Shown: in pieces, positions 25,282-39,297 of the stretch
How positions within the stretch are numbered: the first letter of the stretch is position 1
How the letters are laid out: every line of letters starts with the position of its first letter
NCBI RefSeq assembly: GCF_006345805.1
Contig: NC_043009.1
Coordinates: 13,702,001-13,766,000, forward strand
Length of the DNA stretch: 64,000 nucleotides
Direction: 5' to 3'
Source of the DNA: Octopus sinensis
Lineage: Eukaryota
Translations under genes and position numbers: made by a program
Notes under the pieces: model-generated
What the model was told of the DNA's origin: nothing
The model's database searches: none
Seen by the model: only the letters and a program-made list of their open reading frames with translations

Positions 25282-26469
25282 GTATAAGTATGGAGTCTGA
25301 CAGTTCTCTCCTCTGTCTGTTTTGAGTGGAATATTCATTGGCGTTAAAAAAAAACTATTTTCACCTTATAAATATTATTTCCTTTGATTACAATTATATT
25401 CGGCTCTCTCTTTAATTATCGTATTCTCCTCATAACTTTGTACCTTCAGTGCGGGGAAAAATATATGGGAACATGTTCATTGTCATTACTTTTTCTTGAT
25501 TTCTCAGCAGATTTTCAGCACTATTCAAACCATTATGTGGATTTAGGTAGCATTGTGTTTACTCTGCTTTGCTTAAATCATTCAATATAGTGATTCTTAT
25601 AAAATTTCTTTTGCATACCCAAAGTTACTAATTGCATAACTGTTTATAGCGTTACTACATTCAGTTCTGTGCTATCTCTATGTTCCCCTTATAATGTTTC
25701 TTCTCACTGATGCATCTCTCCTATCACTTTATCATTTAGTATATGAGCATTTGTACATTGTCAGTATTGTAACATATCTTCCACTAAATATTTACCGCTA
25801 TCACCATAATTATATTCGTCTTTGGCTTATTGAATTACTCGTCACGCCTCTCTCTGTTTCTCTTATCTCTCTTACCCTCTCTTTCACTTAGAATTTCTCT
25901 CTTCCTCATACATAGAAACTGAGCCATCGAGATTAATATTCTCGTTCATTAAGTATAATTACAATACCATGATTGCTACGATAATTAGGTATATTTTATT
26001 TGGTATTGTGCAAATTTAAGCGTAATATTTCCTCCACTTCACCACCGAGTCTGCTAATTCCTTCAGTAATTTCTCAACATTGTTAACTTAAACTCAATGT
26101 ATCATTGTTGAGTGCGTAGAGAAAGAAGGAATTCTATTCATAGAATTGATAATCAGGGAGATTATTTGGTGAAGTTAATTATCTTAAGTACTGGTTGACG
26201 TTGAAGATGGAAACATGATATGTCCAGATATGTCGTTGTATTTGCTGAGGAACAGACACAGTTACCACTGAACACGGCTCTTCAATTTGATTATGGAGTT
26301 GACTTCATTGCATTTTAGAAAAAGAATTATTATTTAACGCTATGTTTTTTCTTTATTAGCGTTGTAGTTTCAATTAATTTGACTAATTCATTCCAGTACA
26401 AACCAAGCTTGAGCTCAAACAATAGCCACAACTCTACAAATATTACTGAACTCACTTCTATAACATAAT

Positions 26470-26683
26470 CTTTTCTATTCTAGGCACAAGGCCCGATATT
26501 TTGGCGGAGGGAGCCAGTCGATTAGATCGACCCCAGTACCCAACTGGTACTTAATTTATCGACCCTGAAGGGATGAAAGGCAAAGTCGACCACGGCGGAT
26601 TTTGAACTCAGAACGTAGCGACAGGTGAAATAACGCTGAGCATTTCGGCCGGCGTGCTAACAATTCTGCCAGCTCGCCGTCTT
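26470..26683 (-). mobile_element. SINE family B variant with 16-bp TSD
   Basis: acttctataacataat at 26454-26469 and 26684-26699. Confidence 0.9.
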
Positions 26684-27049
26684 ACTTCTATAACATAATA
26701 ACCACAAAAGGCTAACAACGTGAACTACCATTAAAGCAACTCTAAAAACATTGATACCCTCACCTGCCTAAATAACACTTCTACAATTACTAGGTTAACT
26801 ACCAAAATTATTTCTTCAGCCAGCCCTTAACGTTGATTTGTTAATATTTGGTCTTTGTCAAGCAGTAATTTTATCTGTTTTAGCCTCTTAGCTGACCCTT
26901 CTGTTTCACTCTTTCTTTCTCCTTCCTCTACTCCTACTCTGCTCTCTCCTCTTTAAACCATTATATTTGTAAATATTACTATACATCTCGCATTTGCCAC
27001 TCTAAAATTGAAAAGGGGACCCAAACTCTATTTCATCTGGACAAACACA

Positions 27050-28218
27050 ACCACATCTATATCTGGCCTATTGGCCTTAATTTCTCTATCTGTGTGTATT
27101 GGCATATCCCATAATATTGTTGCTTTCTCGGTTTCTGTGACCTTTTTTGATGTGTGTCTATACCATCTTTTTTCTGTTGTTATTCCATAGTGTTGGCATA
27201 GCTTCCAGTATATGTAGGTCCCAACTCTGTCGTGTCTGTGAATATATTCCTTCTTAGCCAGGACTGGGCAGCCAGAGACAATTATATTTTATTGTTTCTT
27301 GTCTATCTCCACATATTCGGCAGTTACTTGTTATGTTTCTTTTCACTATATATTTTAGGTTATTTCTGGTGGGAAGGCCTTGGTTGTGTGCTGTAATTAA
27401 AAATCCTTCAGTCTCTGCGTTGAGTTCTGAGCTTCTCAGCTATTGCTTGGATTTTGCTTTGTCTATTTCTTTTGCGTTTAGTTTAACCCAGTATTTGCCC
27501 TATAGGGGTTTTTCTTGCCATCGTTTTATCATGATTCGTTGCTGCTCTAGTTTTAGCTTGGATTTCATTTGTTTTACAGGTTTTGTTGTTTCTTGTTTTT
27601 CTTCATAGTTGTTAGGTAGTATGACTTCTTGTTTGTATTTGTTAGCTTCCTTAAAGACTGGAAACAGTTTTTTGCTTTGTTTGTGTTTTGTGGCTATTTG
27701 TATTAGTTTTCCTTGATTCTGAAGTAGGTATTCTTGTAGTCCTATGGTGGTTATTTTGTAATAGTTTTCTAGCTATGGAAGGCTTTAACCACCTTCTATA
27801 CGTTTTATATATAACCTCTCTATGTCAGATTTTTGGCAGTGCATCCTAAATCCTCTCATTAGTTTTCTTGTTTTCCTTTCTATTTTGATTAGTTCTTTTA
27901 GTGTCCAGTTAAGGACATTGTACCTTATCATATAACTGGGAGGGCTTAAGTGTTGATACCTATTATCTTGTTTTTCGTATTCAGCTCTGTTTTCAGTATT
28001 AAACTAACTCGTCTATAGTATTCTTTACCGAGTCTCTCTTTCATTTGTGTGTGTTTTATTGTATCTAGTCCATTGATCCCTAAATATTTGTATGTCTGAC
28101 TTTGGTCTAATTCTTTTATTTCATTGGCTTTGTCTAGTGTGATGTTGATTCTCTTAACTAGTTTTCCTCTTTTCAGGGTTGCTTTGGCACATTTTTCTAA
28201 GCCAATATTCATATTCAT
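27050..28218 (-). mobile_element. R4/Dong LINE relic (RT end, CCHC knuckle, start of REL endonuclease)
   Basis: IGLEKCAKATLKRGK, YKYLGI, ERLYIKR.EGG, ETEGFLITAQNQ.LPTRN, CRICGD.QETI..I.SGCPVLAKKEYIHRHDRV, WDMPIHTDREIKANRPDI. The 5' break abuts the (AAT)n tract. Confidence 0.9.
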
Positions 28219-28252
28219 ATTATTATTGTTATTATTATTATTATTATTGTTG

Positions 28253-28337
<85 letters not shown>

Positions 28338-28352
28338 CATTATTATTATTAT
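28219..28352 (-). repeat. (AAT)n microsatellite (ATT on the plus strand)
   Basis: Read directly from the sequence. Confidence 0.95.
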
Positions 28353-28650
28353 ACTTTTGCTTTGTATTTGTTCAAGTTGACTCCAAAAAATTTCAAAATT
28401 CCCGTTTTTGGCATTTTCTCCGAAATCTCCGTATCCGAAAAGCTGGGTTTTTGGCAAAAAAAAATTTTTTTAATCAATAATTGGCGAGAAAATGTAGGGC
28501 ACAGGAGGAAGTCTTTCCAAAAATAGTAGCTGCAAAAAAGAAGAAAACACTAAAAGCAGTAGAAATGCACGAAAGATTATGGTGGTGTCATGAAGTAAAC
28601 GTGCTTCAAATACACTCGTTTATTCATACGAACGTAACTGAGATGAAATA

Positions 28651-28925
28651 TGTCATAAATAACAGTGATAAACGAAATATAAACCGCCGGAAGTTGTTGT
28701 TGACAAACAACGGCAGTAATTATATTCAGCTCAATAGACGTCATTGATTGGTTAAAATTACCCAAATACGACAACTTTAACATGAAATAACTTTGAAAAT
28801 ACAAAATATTCTCAAAAACGCTAAGAGTAAAGGATGTTCAATATAACACATTCTACCAGTATACGAAGTTTGAGAGTGTTTAGTTAAATTAATTTATCGA
28901 CCTGCCGATCAAAAGGAAAAGATCC
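28651..28925 (+). mobile_element. Non-autonomous DNA-transposon-like repeat core, shared with 53662-53941
   Basis: A ~275-bp segment (tgtcataaataacagtga...caatagacgtcattgattgg...acattctaccagt...ctgcc..t.aaa.ggaaa.gatcc) is present twice. A matching left TIR is not visible. Confidence 0.65.
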
Positions 28926-29039
28926 TAAAAAAATTATAAGTTTGTTTTGAAAATTTGGGATTACATCGACGGTATTTTCTGTAAGATATAGGCAGTTCCC
29001 ATTAGCACTATTTTTTAAATTTCTGCCATTTTTTTTTAT

Positions 29040-30142
29040 TTCCTTGTATCTAAGCTAGGTAAGTGTGAATAATTTTTCCTATCATTCCTAGTGTACCTAT
29101 CACAATAAGTATTGTTTTAGTCTTCAGGTTCCACATTTTGCCAATTTCTACTTCAAGATCTTTATATTTGCTCAGTTTTTAGTAGGTCTTCACACATACA
29201 TTTATGCCATTTGGGACAGTCATATCGATGAGGAGGCATGATTTTCTTTGTCAGAATACCTTCAATATATGTTAGGCCTATTCGCATCTATCTTTCTGTC
29301 AATTTGAATGGTGAAGTTCCAGAGAACTGAGATGTGGTCATTTTCAAACACTGGGGGTGGTTTGTGTTCCCAACAGTTTTTATCAAGGGGCAGGTCCAAA
29401 TTTTAGCAAATTACCTATTGAATATACTGTGCTGCTCTATCACACCTGTTGAGATACTCTGCAGGTGCAAGAAGACTGCACATGGTGATAACATAATCGA
29501 TGGATACATTTTGTTGTTTACATACACGACATCATGTGCTACTGCCGTTCTTTAATATGTTGGCAATACATTGCTCTTGGGCTGCTATGATACACCCTTC
29601 TGTCTAATTTTAAGTCAGAAATCACTAACCATTGATGGGTAAGGGCTTTGTCAACATCGGCATTATTAGAACTCTTTCGAGATTTGCCATTGAGAGTTTT
29701 TTTTTGCCATTTATCAGTAAGAATATCAAAGGCGGTAGTTTTAGCACGCTTAGCTTTAAGGCGTTAGTTTTCATACGCTTAGCTTTTTCTGTGCTGGTTT
29801 CCAGTACGTCTAATTCTGGGATTTGCTGTATTTGGAATTCATTTAGCTATTTCTTTGCCTGTTTTGTTACTGAGTATGATGTCACCCTGTTTTCGTGCTT
29901 TAAGACAAGTGTTAACATCAAATCCTTAGAGTTTTTCAGGTAGGTGTTGACGCTAATTGTAGCAATCTTCATTGTTAATTCTAGTTGTAAAAGTCAACGG
30001 CCATCCTCTTTTTGTAGCTGGTAAAGTCGTTCTACATTTGCCTTAGGGTGGTGCATTCTATGCATTGTCAACAATTTTCGTATTTTTCTGTCAAGATTAC
30101 ATATTTCAGTAATTGACCAGTTAACAATAATAAGAAGAATAG
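29040..30142 (-). mobile_element. R4/Dong LINE relic, second subfamily (C-terminal half)
   Basis: NLDRKIRKLLTMHRMHHPKANVERLY, CRVCKQQNVSIDYVI..CSLLAPAEYLNR, WNFTIQ.DRKIDANRPNI, KLSKYKDLEVEIGKMWNLKT. The 5' break abuts (AAT)n at 30143-30267. Confidence 0.85.
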
Positions 30143-30173
<31 letters not shown>

Positions 30174-30199
30174 GTTGTTGTTGTTGTTGTTGTTGTTGA

Positions 30200-30247
<48 letters not shown>

Positions 30248-30267
30248 TATTATTATTATTATTATTG
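30143..30267 (-). repeat. (AAT)n/(AAC)n microsatellite
   Basis: Read directly from the sequence. Confidence 0.95.
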
Positions 30268-31479
30268 AGTGAAAAAGCTGCACAATCTATCGAAGTAACA
30301 CTGAGGTAAAAGTATATGAATCTCAATACACTCAATGTTTCTGTCTCTCTGCTTCTCTGCCTCTCTGTGTGTGCTCGTCTCTCCCCCTCTCTCTCCATAT
30401 CTCTCTGTCGATCTCTGTCTTTTGTCTCTCTCTCTCTCTTCCCCCTCTCCCCCCTCTCTCTCCCCTTTCCTTGTCTGTATATTTCCCAGTGTGTTGTGCA
30501 TGATATTTAATGTAAACAGATGTGTCTTCTAAAAAGAAGACTTTTCTCAATTCCATAAATGAATAAATTCAGATTGAATATACGATATAACATTAATATT
30601 TGTTTAAGGTCATAACACGTACATGCAACTGCATTATTATTCTTGTTGTTGTTACCGTTGTTGCTACAGAATATATTATCATAAAATAAATTTAACATGA
30701 CATTTCTTTTGGAATGATAAATAGATGGACCAATGACACAGACCCGGAAAGGATGTTAAGCCATCAATTAATAATAATATTATTTCAAAGTGAGACGGAC
30801 AGGAAAATGCAATCGTGCGGTAAGGGAATGTTGAGGTTTCCTGTGAGGGGTACACTGGATGCGGCTACGAACGAAGCAATGTGAAATAGTTTTACTAATA
30901 ACGCTTTTTCAGTGAAGTTTTGAATTGCATAACAACTGACGAATTATGTATTTGCTATTTTATGAAAACAAATATGTCTGTCAAGAAAAAAACTTTTCTG
31001 TACTTCATAACTAAATAAATTCGGATTTAAAATTCTTTATTCAATTTTATGTGGAATGAAAGAATAATATACATACATAGTGCATACATATGCGTGTGTG
31101 TATTATACATACATACACACAAACACAGACACACACACATATATATATATGTACATACACACACATACATATGCACACACACACACACACATATATATAT
31201 ATGTGAGTGTGTGTTTATGTAAATGTAGATATATTTATATGTATTTAAATAAATATATATATATATAAAGTATTTATATATATATACATATATATATATA
31301 CATTTATATATATATACATATATATATACATTTATATATACATATACACCACCTGTCTTCGTCTTTCGTTTTTTCTGTGAATTCTCCCCTATACATATAT
31401 ATATATATATACATATACATATGTATGTGTATACACATCTACATATCTATGATATCTATCTATGTATCTATCTCTCTAT

Positions 31480-32420
31480 CTATTAAGGCGGTCCCAATAA
31501 TCAAAATCAGTTATGCCTTTATTATTTTTTCATTGAATGCTCTCTGGAGTGGGACATTTCTAGTAATTGTGTGAGTGTGGACAGGTAACAGTAGAGTAGC
31601 AGTATTCTAGATCTGGCCGTACAAAGGGGAAGAGGAGGAGAATTATGACGTCTTACTCTCTGAACCCGAAAGCTCTGAGTGTCCAGCAGCTCATCCTGCG
31701 AGCCATAACGACTTCATTGTTGATGTGGTCACTGCAGCAAAGATTGTTGTCAACAATCACTCTTGAGTCCATAATATTGGATGCTGCGATCAAGAAATAA
31801 ATATATCAATAAATAAATAAATATCGGATGCTGTGTTTAGTTACCTTGCAAAAGAGAAAATATGGTTGTTTGAGCTTAGTTTTTTTTTCCCAAAGTGCAA
31901 AGTTTTCCCTCAACTTTGGTCATTTTTTTTTTTTTACCATTGATTATCTTCTGGAGTTTGGAGTCAGCTACAAATATTTTTTTTCTTTTTTTTTTGCTGT
32001 GTTTGGCGACGCTTGGATGTCGTTTATATAAGCTATGAAGAGACGCGAGCCCCAAACAGTCCCCTGAGGGACACCATCGGTGACTTACTGGATTTTGAGT
32101 GGATTCCACCTATCACATGTGTCCTCTTCACCGGGAAATACTTAATCCAATGTAGCAGCATTTCACGGATTACAATATTTAACAATTTTGACAGGGGGAT
32201 ATTGTGGTCGATTCTGTCGAACGCTTGTCTGACGTCAAGATATATGAAAACTGTGTTCGAACCAGATCTCAAGGCTAGGAAACATCATCGATGTGATGTA
32301 AGGGCTGTGTTAATTAGTCCCTATTGTAGGGAAACCCTTGCTGGTTGGACTGTAGAAGTTTATGTTTCTCCAGGAATCCAGTTAACATTGATGTTACCAA
32401 CGTTCGAACACTTCGACGTT
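31480..32420 (-). mobile_element. CR1-group LINE RT fragment
   Basis: KVFER, FLEKHKLLQSNQQGF, IYLDVRQAFDRIDHNIPLSKL, YIND, VADSKLQK, RVIVDNNL..SDHIN, VRPDLEYC, DYWDRL. Confidence 0.85.
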
Positions 32421-32742
32421 TGTCTGTATGTATGTGCTTTGTATCAATGAATTAGGGGGTAAGGGCAGCGCTCACTACGTTTTACTCAGCCTCCGAGTTG
32501 AGTTGAATGGAAGCAAATTGGTATCCGCAGACAGAAGAATTGACACGAGTTTTTACGGAGGTGGATCTTGAGAACAAGGTGATGGTTTAAAAAATAAAAC
32601 GATGTATAATGTGTACTGCACAAATGGGGCCCTGGCGGAATTTGAATTCACATTGCAAATGAACAACTACCTCAAAATACCACGCTATTCGCTGGTTCAT
32701 TTTATCGACCTATAAATATTGACGTACATAAAATCACACACG

Positions 32743-32773
<31 letters not shown>

Positions 32774-33088
32774 AGTAGCAAATGCGCACACATACATACA
32801 CACAAATTCACTTTCTGAAATATGGATGTATGTATACGTGTGTTTGTGTGTATGTGTTGTGTGTGTATGCATACATACACCTAGATACGCATAATGACGC
32901 AGACACATTTATACTCGCACTCAACAACATATATACAAGTATGTGTGTGTGTATGTAGCCATGTTGTTACGTAAGTTTTGTTTGCTATCCGACAAACTAC
33001 GAAGAGTGTACGACACTGTAGTGTTTTTCGACTTTGTTTCCTCTCCTTTTCTGTTTCTCCTCGAGATCTCATCTCTTTTCCTCCTCCA

Positions 33089-33126
<38 letters not shown>

Positions 33127-33570
33127 CTCTCTTTCTTTTGTGTGGGCGAGTCTAAACAGTCGAATGTATGAGTGGGTTGATAAATGATATATCTGGGTGG
33201 TTGAATCTAGTGTTGCTGGTTGTTGAGGTCGTAGTAAGAATGATAAACTGTGTGTGAGTATGTGTCTGTGTGCGTGTGTGCCTGTGTGGCGTTTGAGGAA
33301 GTGTGGAAAAGTCGGATGTAAGTGTGTTGCACATACAGCGAACGGAAAAAGTGACGACCGGCGATGGTGCGCTCCTGCGTGAGTGTATTTGCATCTATGT
33401 ATGTGTATGTGTGTACGTGTGTGAGTCTCTGTGTGTGTATCTGTATGTGTTTGCTTGTTGTGGTGGTGGTACTGTACGTGGAGTGGTAATTGCGTAGGTG
33501 TAATACAAGCATGGCGTACGTGGTTGCAAAGCTGTCAGCTTGAGCATATATCATTTCCGTCTCTCTCTCA

Positions 33571-33603
<33 letters not shown>

Positions 33604-34056
33604 CTCTCTCTCTCTCTCTGTATTACGTGTGTGTCTGAGTAGGGCGGATATCGATGTTCAGTGGGAGTATCTGTGTGTGCTTGTGTGTAGACGCGTGAAA
33701 TCACAGTGCGATGATGGGAAAACGCGAAGATAGGAAGCATAGTGGTGCTTACGTATGCGTACGAATGTGTACATGTATGCCTTCGTGTGCATATGATCAA
33801 ATGTGGGCGTCACATGTAGGCGTGTTTGCCTGAGTGTTAAGCATTCACTTGTTTGTGTACTATGCGTTTTGTAAGCATATATGTACTTTACTATAAATCT
33901 ATATACGTGTTTACTGGATCACTGCATTGCTGCGTGAGAGTGCGTGCACGAGAGCAGGCGTATGCGAGTCTGTGTGAGCATGCGTATGAGTGTGTGAGCA
34001 TGCTTGCGTGTTGGCTGTATATGTGTATGTACGTATGCACGTGTGTGTGTGTGTAT

Positions 34057-34115
<59 letters not shown>

Positions 34116-34609
34116 CGCTCCTTCCAAAGAATAGTGTTCTGATGCGAAGTGTTATCGTGTATGCCTAAATATATATTTTGGTCTGATAGCTGATCTGCGC
34201 TAAAATCGTGTATGTGTGTATCTTGCATGTACATACTGCTGAGCGTGTATACATCTACGTGCGTGTATTTTTAGAGATATATGCGTATTCATAACGGGAT
34301 TTGTTCACATAGATACAAGACAAAATACTTTGAGTTGAGTTTCACCAATAAAACTTCTGCAACACTGTAGCAGCCTGGGTGGACGGAATGTAAGCTCGTC
34401 ATTAGATGGAACTGAACGCAGAAAAGTAAAGGCTCTAAGGAAACACCAAAGACATTCTCATCCTCTCACTCCACTGTTAATATATTTAATTGTTCGGTTT
34501 AACGGGTCGGGAGCATGAGAACGCGTATATATGCGTATTATATTAGCTATATATTGATATATATATATATATGCATGTATAAACTACCACTCACGAACAT
34601 AACATATAT

Positions 34610-34830
34610 ATATATACTTCCTTAAGCCCTTCGCTCCTATTTTTCTCCATTGACTAGATGCTGGTTGTTTTTCGGATTTTCTCTGTTTAGATCTATGCTC
34701 AAATGTGTCCTTCATGGAAGGCCTTCCTATTCCATGTCTTGTCAAAGGTTTTTCTGTAACATTGCTAGGCCTACGCCAAGGCATTATTTGCCTGTGGAAA
34801 GAGGTGGGCTATCTTAGGGTGGCCTCTATT
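34610..34830 (-). mobile_element. Possible RTE LINE C-terminal fragment
   Basis: RHGIGRPSMKDT...SSQWRKIGAKGL resembles the RTE GRP...KD...DRSQWR tail. The match is short and decayed. Confidence 0.4.
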
Positions 34831-35158
34831 CTTTGACTTACTCAACATGTTCAGACTTAACTACCAAGCGCATACATACCAATGTCATAGCTCCCAAGGT
34901 CATTGCAGTACACAAATCATCACACTACAAAGACTAGAACCTGTACCTTTGCGTTAGATAGATATGCATTCATGCGTTCATATATTTCATATATCCATAT
35001 ATTTCTTTATACATACTTACATACTTACATACTTACATATACATACATACTTACACAAGCACACACGCACGCGCACACGCACGCACATACGCACGCGCAC
35101 ACGCACGCGCACACACACACGCATATATATATATATATATATATATCTATATATAACA

Positions 35159-35202
<44 letters not shown>

Positions 35203-35204
35203 TG

Positions 35205-35607
35205 TTTTACTCTTCTACTTGTTTCAGTCATTTGACTGCGGCCATGCTGGAGCACCGCCTTTAGTCGAGCAAATCGACCCCGGGACTTATTCTTTGTAAG
35301 CCCAGTACTTATTCTATCGGTCTCTTTTGCCGAACAGCTAATTGAAGGGGACGTAAACACACCAGCATCGGTTGTCCAGCAATGCTAGGGGGACAAACAC
35401 AGACACACAAACATATATACAAACATATATATATATATATACATATATACGATAGGCTTCTTTCAGTTTCCGTCCACCAAATCCACTCACAAGGCATTGG
35501 TTGGCCCGGGGTTATAGCAGAAGACACTTGCCTAAGATGCCACGCTGTGGGACTGAACCGGGAACCATGTGGTTGGTAAGCAAGCTACCTACCACACAGC
35601 CACTCCA
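35205..35607 (-). mobile_element. SINE family A, full length, little diverged
   Basis: Head ggagtggctgtgtggtaggtagcttgcttaccaaccacatggttcccggttcagtccc (A and B boxes) through to the 3' tail. Confidence 0.92.
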
Positions 35608-36173
35608 TATATAGATTGGGATAATATGACACAAGTATGGAGGATATCAGACTTTAATAATAGAGACCATTTGTTTCTGCACCAAACACCAGTGATAGAT
35701 TTATATAGTAACACACGCTCCTGAATTTCGAAACTTTTGCCCATATTTGAAAGAATTCTATTTCCTTTTTCGTTGATATTCATTCTCCTAATTGCATCAA
35801 CACACATATACATATATACATATTTATATATGTGTGCAGTGTGTGTTTTTTATCGTTCCCTTTCCATTTCTTACACCTCTTCTGGCGCAGTCTGTTTCCT
35901 TTACAATTTCCTTTCTACGTAGAAAGGTCGCGGTAGCCAGAACCACTAACACAGTATTTTAAACTCTGCTACCTTTCCCCTATTTCTCTCCGCTCGACGT
36001 TGCCCAGAAGAAGGATTGAGATTTATTAGTGTGAGCGCGTGTATACATACATTCGTGCATAATTTTGTATGCACATATGTTCATATATGTATATCCTGTT
36101 GTTTAGAAGCGAAGCATATTACCAGAAACTTTGGCTCCAGCCGAATAGAACAAATCACTCCAAATCTGTATTA

Positions 36174-36201
36174 TAGTATATACATACATATACACATACA
36201 T

Positions 36202-36234
<33 letters not shown>

Positions 36235-36239
36235 CATAC

Positions 36240-36270
<31 letters not shown>

Positions 36271-36477
36271 CATACATACATACATATATACATATATATA
36301 TATACATACATACATACATATATACATATATATATATACATACATACATACATATATACATATATATATATATACATACATACATACATATATACATATA
36401 TATATATATACATACATACATACATTATATATATATACATACATACATACATATATATATTATACATACATACATAC

Positions 36478-36525
<48 letters not shown>

Positions 36526-36545
36526 ATATATATAGTATATATAGA
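36174..36545. repeat. (TA)n/(TACA)n compound microsatellite
   Basis: Read directly from the sequence. Confidence 0.95.
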
Positions 36546-36675
36546 TTAATAAAAGAATTCCAACCTTGTCTGATTTTCACGTTTTATTTACAATCTTATA
36601 ATGATATATTATAGATAAATATTATAATTGAATAAAATAAAATGAAATAGTAGAATGTTAAATATTCATTCTGAT

Positions 36676-36720
36676 TGAACTAGTACTTTCATGCATTGAA
36701 TTCTGCAATCTTCGGGTTCA
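36676..36720 (-). ncRNA. Minimal hammerhead-like motif in a Penelope-like end (~36546-37000)
   Basis: Minus strand reads tgaac-CCGAAGA-t tgca gaattcaa tgca t-GAAA-gtact-a-gttca: perfect 5-bp stem I and palindromic AGUACU helix III, with U4C and a U.U pair at 10.1-11.1. Confidence 0.55.
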
Positions 36721-37224
36721 TGTAGTAGTGTTGACAGTCATGCTTCACATTTTTGACTGTAGCAAGATGATTGATTCTGTGCTATAAATACGCTGGTAGG
36801 CTCCAGAGTGCTAGGTTTGCAAACTGTTTCTGACCAATCAGTGTGTAGTATCACTCATTACTTAAGCTGATGGTTGGTTGAGCTGATTGGTTTAGGCATC
36901 ACGCTTTGTTGGACATGTCAAGAGTCCTGTAATCTTGACCCTGGCCGAAGCAGCAATTGTTGGGTTATTTTTAGAAATGTTGTAAATATCCTTTGTCAGA
37001 GATTTTTATATTTTTATATTTCAATTGTCATCATCATCATTGTCGCACCTTAATTATTGTTGCTAGTGGTGATGGTGGTGGCAATAGAACTTTTAACCCT
37101 AATAAGATAATTTTCCTGCTATCTTCGTCTTGATCACCTTTAGTATTGTTGTTGTTGTTAGTGGTCATGGTCGTAGCAGTGGAAGTAATACCTCTAAGTA
37201 TTATTATTATTATATATTATATAA

Positions 37225-37498
37225 TATAATATAAATATTAGGGAATATATCCAAATTTACAGGGCAAAAAATCAGATTTAGGATTAAATCCATTTTATAG
37301 TAAAATATTATAAATATTATTTGAGACAAAACCACTATTTTGCAAAACAAACAAGGAAAGACTTAATCAATACATAAAATTAATAAATAGTCAAAAAAAC
37401 CGCCACTGTGGCGGTTTTTTTTGACTATTTATTAAATTTTATGTATTGATTAAGTCTTTCCTTGTTTGTTTTGCAATAGTGGTTTTGTCTCAAATAAT
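37225..37498. repeat. AT-rich repeat ending in a ~183-bp palindrome with a 1-nt centre
   Basis: 37316-37406 and 37408-37498 are reverse complements apart from small indels, centred on ccgccac-t-gtggcgg. Confidence 0.9.
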
Positions 37499-37522
37499 TT
37501 TTATTTATATTATATATATTAG

Positions 37523-37558
<36 letters not shown>

Positions 37559-38623
37559 TGTTATGATGCACGTTCGGATGACCGCTACTCAGCTCTACTC
37601 CTACTGCTACTCATGTGAAGAGTCTTGCATACCAAATACAAAAACAAAATATGTACACGTTACACCCACACACCCACACACACACAATACACCACAAACA
37701 CACACACACACCACACACATATATATATATATATTCGCAGATGCATGCACATATGTCGAATAGGACAAACCACTTTAAACTGCGTATATAATATATATGT
37801 ATATAAATGTATGAGTGTACTCATATTCGCTAATATATACGTGCGTGTATGGATACATACATATTACTATATGCACGTCTACTCACTGATATATACATAC
37901 ATACATATATATATATGTATATATATATATATTATAGAGAGAGAGAGAGAGAGAGTGTGAGAGATAAATAGATAGATAGATAGATAGATATACATACATA
38001 TTATATATAATATATATATTATATATATATATATATATAATATCATATAATATATAAATATGTATATATATGTATATAAATACATACTTACATATATACA
38101 AACATCAACCATGGATACGTACATATAGATAGATATATGTACACACTTAGACACATACACACGAGTATACTCTGAGGTAACATTTTCGCTTTGATTTTTT
38201 TTTTCAAAGACGGTTCTGTGTTATATTCGTATTGTGATCATTCTTTAACAAAAAAATATTTCTTTAATCATTTTAATTAAATGTTTGCTCCATAACTTGA
38301 TTCATCTATTTGATTTACGTTCAGATTTATCAGAAACAAAATCCAAAAGTTTATGCTTCTCACCAGAAATCGTTGACACTTTCGTGTCCAAGATTGTATC
38401 AGTATTTTGATTGTTGTTCTATTTTCGGATTTCATTCCATTACAAGAACTTCCATTCAAGATGCAGTTAGAGGAATTAGTTTCCCTGCAGAAACTAATTG
38501 TATCTACATGGGTGTAATTTCTGCCTATGTATGTTTGTTGCGATATGATAGTACTTTCAAAGAAAAATGGACGTCGGCGATACACACACACTACTTATAC
38601 ATCATGTGTGTGTGTGAATATGA

Positions 38624-38669
<46 letters not shown>

Positions 38670-38679
38670 GTCAGGTCAC

Positions 38680-39215
38680 TTTCGAGTGCTACTGGTAACA
38701 TGTAACCCAGTACAACCTGTTGCATGGTCGGGTCGTCGGCGACTAAACCGGCAACGCCACCAAGCTTGCTTGGTGAGGAGGGTGTTTATTGGACATCCTG
38801 CGGGATGAAAATCAAAACCCGTCAAAGGGTAGAGGAACTCTTGAGAGTCAACGGCCATCCAATAAATGTCTTAAGGCTGTATCATGCGCGGGGACATAGA
38901 AATAATCGGACTGAATACCCGATCGCGCGGTTAAACCAATCGGAATGAAGGACTCCTAGCCTTTGTTAGGGCATCCTTCTAGGAGAAGGTAACTCAGGTA
39001 ACTGGGATAACTCTGACATAAAACCTGTGGCTCAGTGGTTACCGATGATGTTGATATGTTCTTCTTTTCGGATTATGGCTGCTGTTGCTTAGTGAGTGGG
39101 ATTGACTCAGTGCACAGCCTTTCCTCACTTTAAAAAATATCTTCTTGCACAGGCATTGCACGATAACAACAATGATTAAGCTTCGTGCAATGGCCATACT
39201 CGATAACGAGGGGGC
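38680..39215 (+). mobile_element. RTE-type LINE 5' UTR fragment
   Basis: GC-richer island with ggcgactaaaccggc, cttggtgaggagggtgtttattggac and catccttctaggagaaggtaactc...gacataaaacc, which I recognise as RTE 5' region motifs. No ORF follows. Confidence 0.5.
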
Positions 39216-39222
39216 AGCGACC

Positions 39223-39258
<36 letters not shown>

Positions 39259-39297
39259 TTATATATGGATATATAGATAAAGAGATAAATAAATAGG

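Noticed and set aside
26195-26250. TTGAAGA-tgg...cca-GATA hammerhead-like string
   Set aside because: Both conserved boxes are altered and no UH triplet fits, so it is too degenerate to distinguish from chance.
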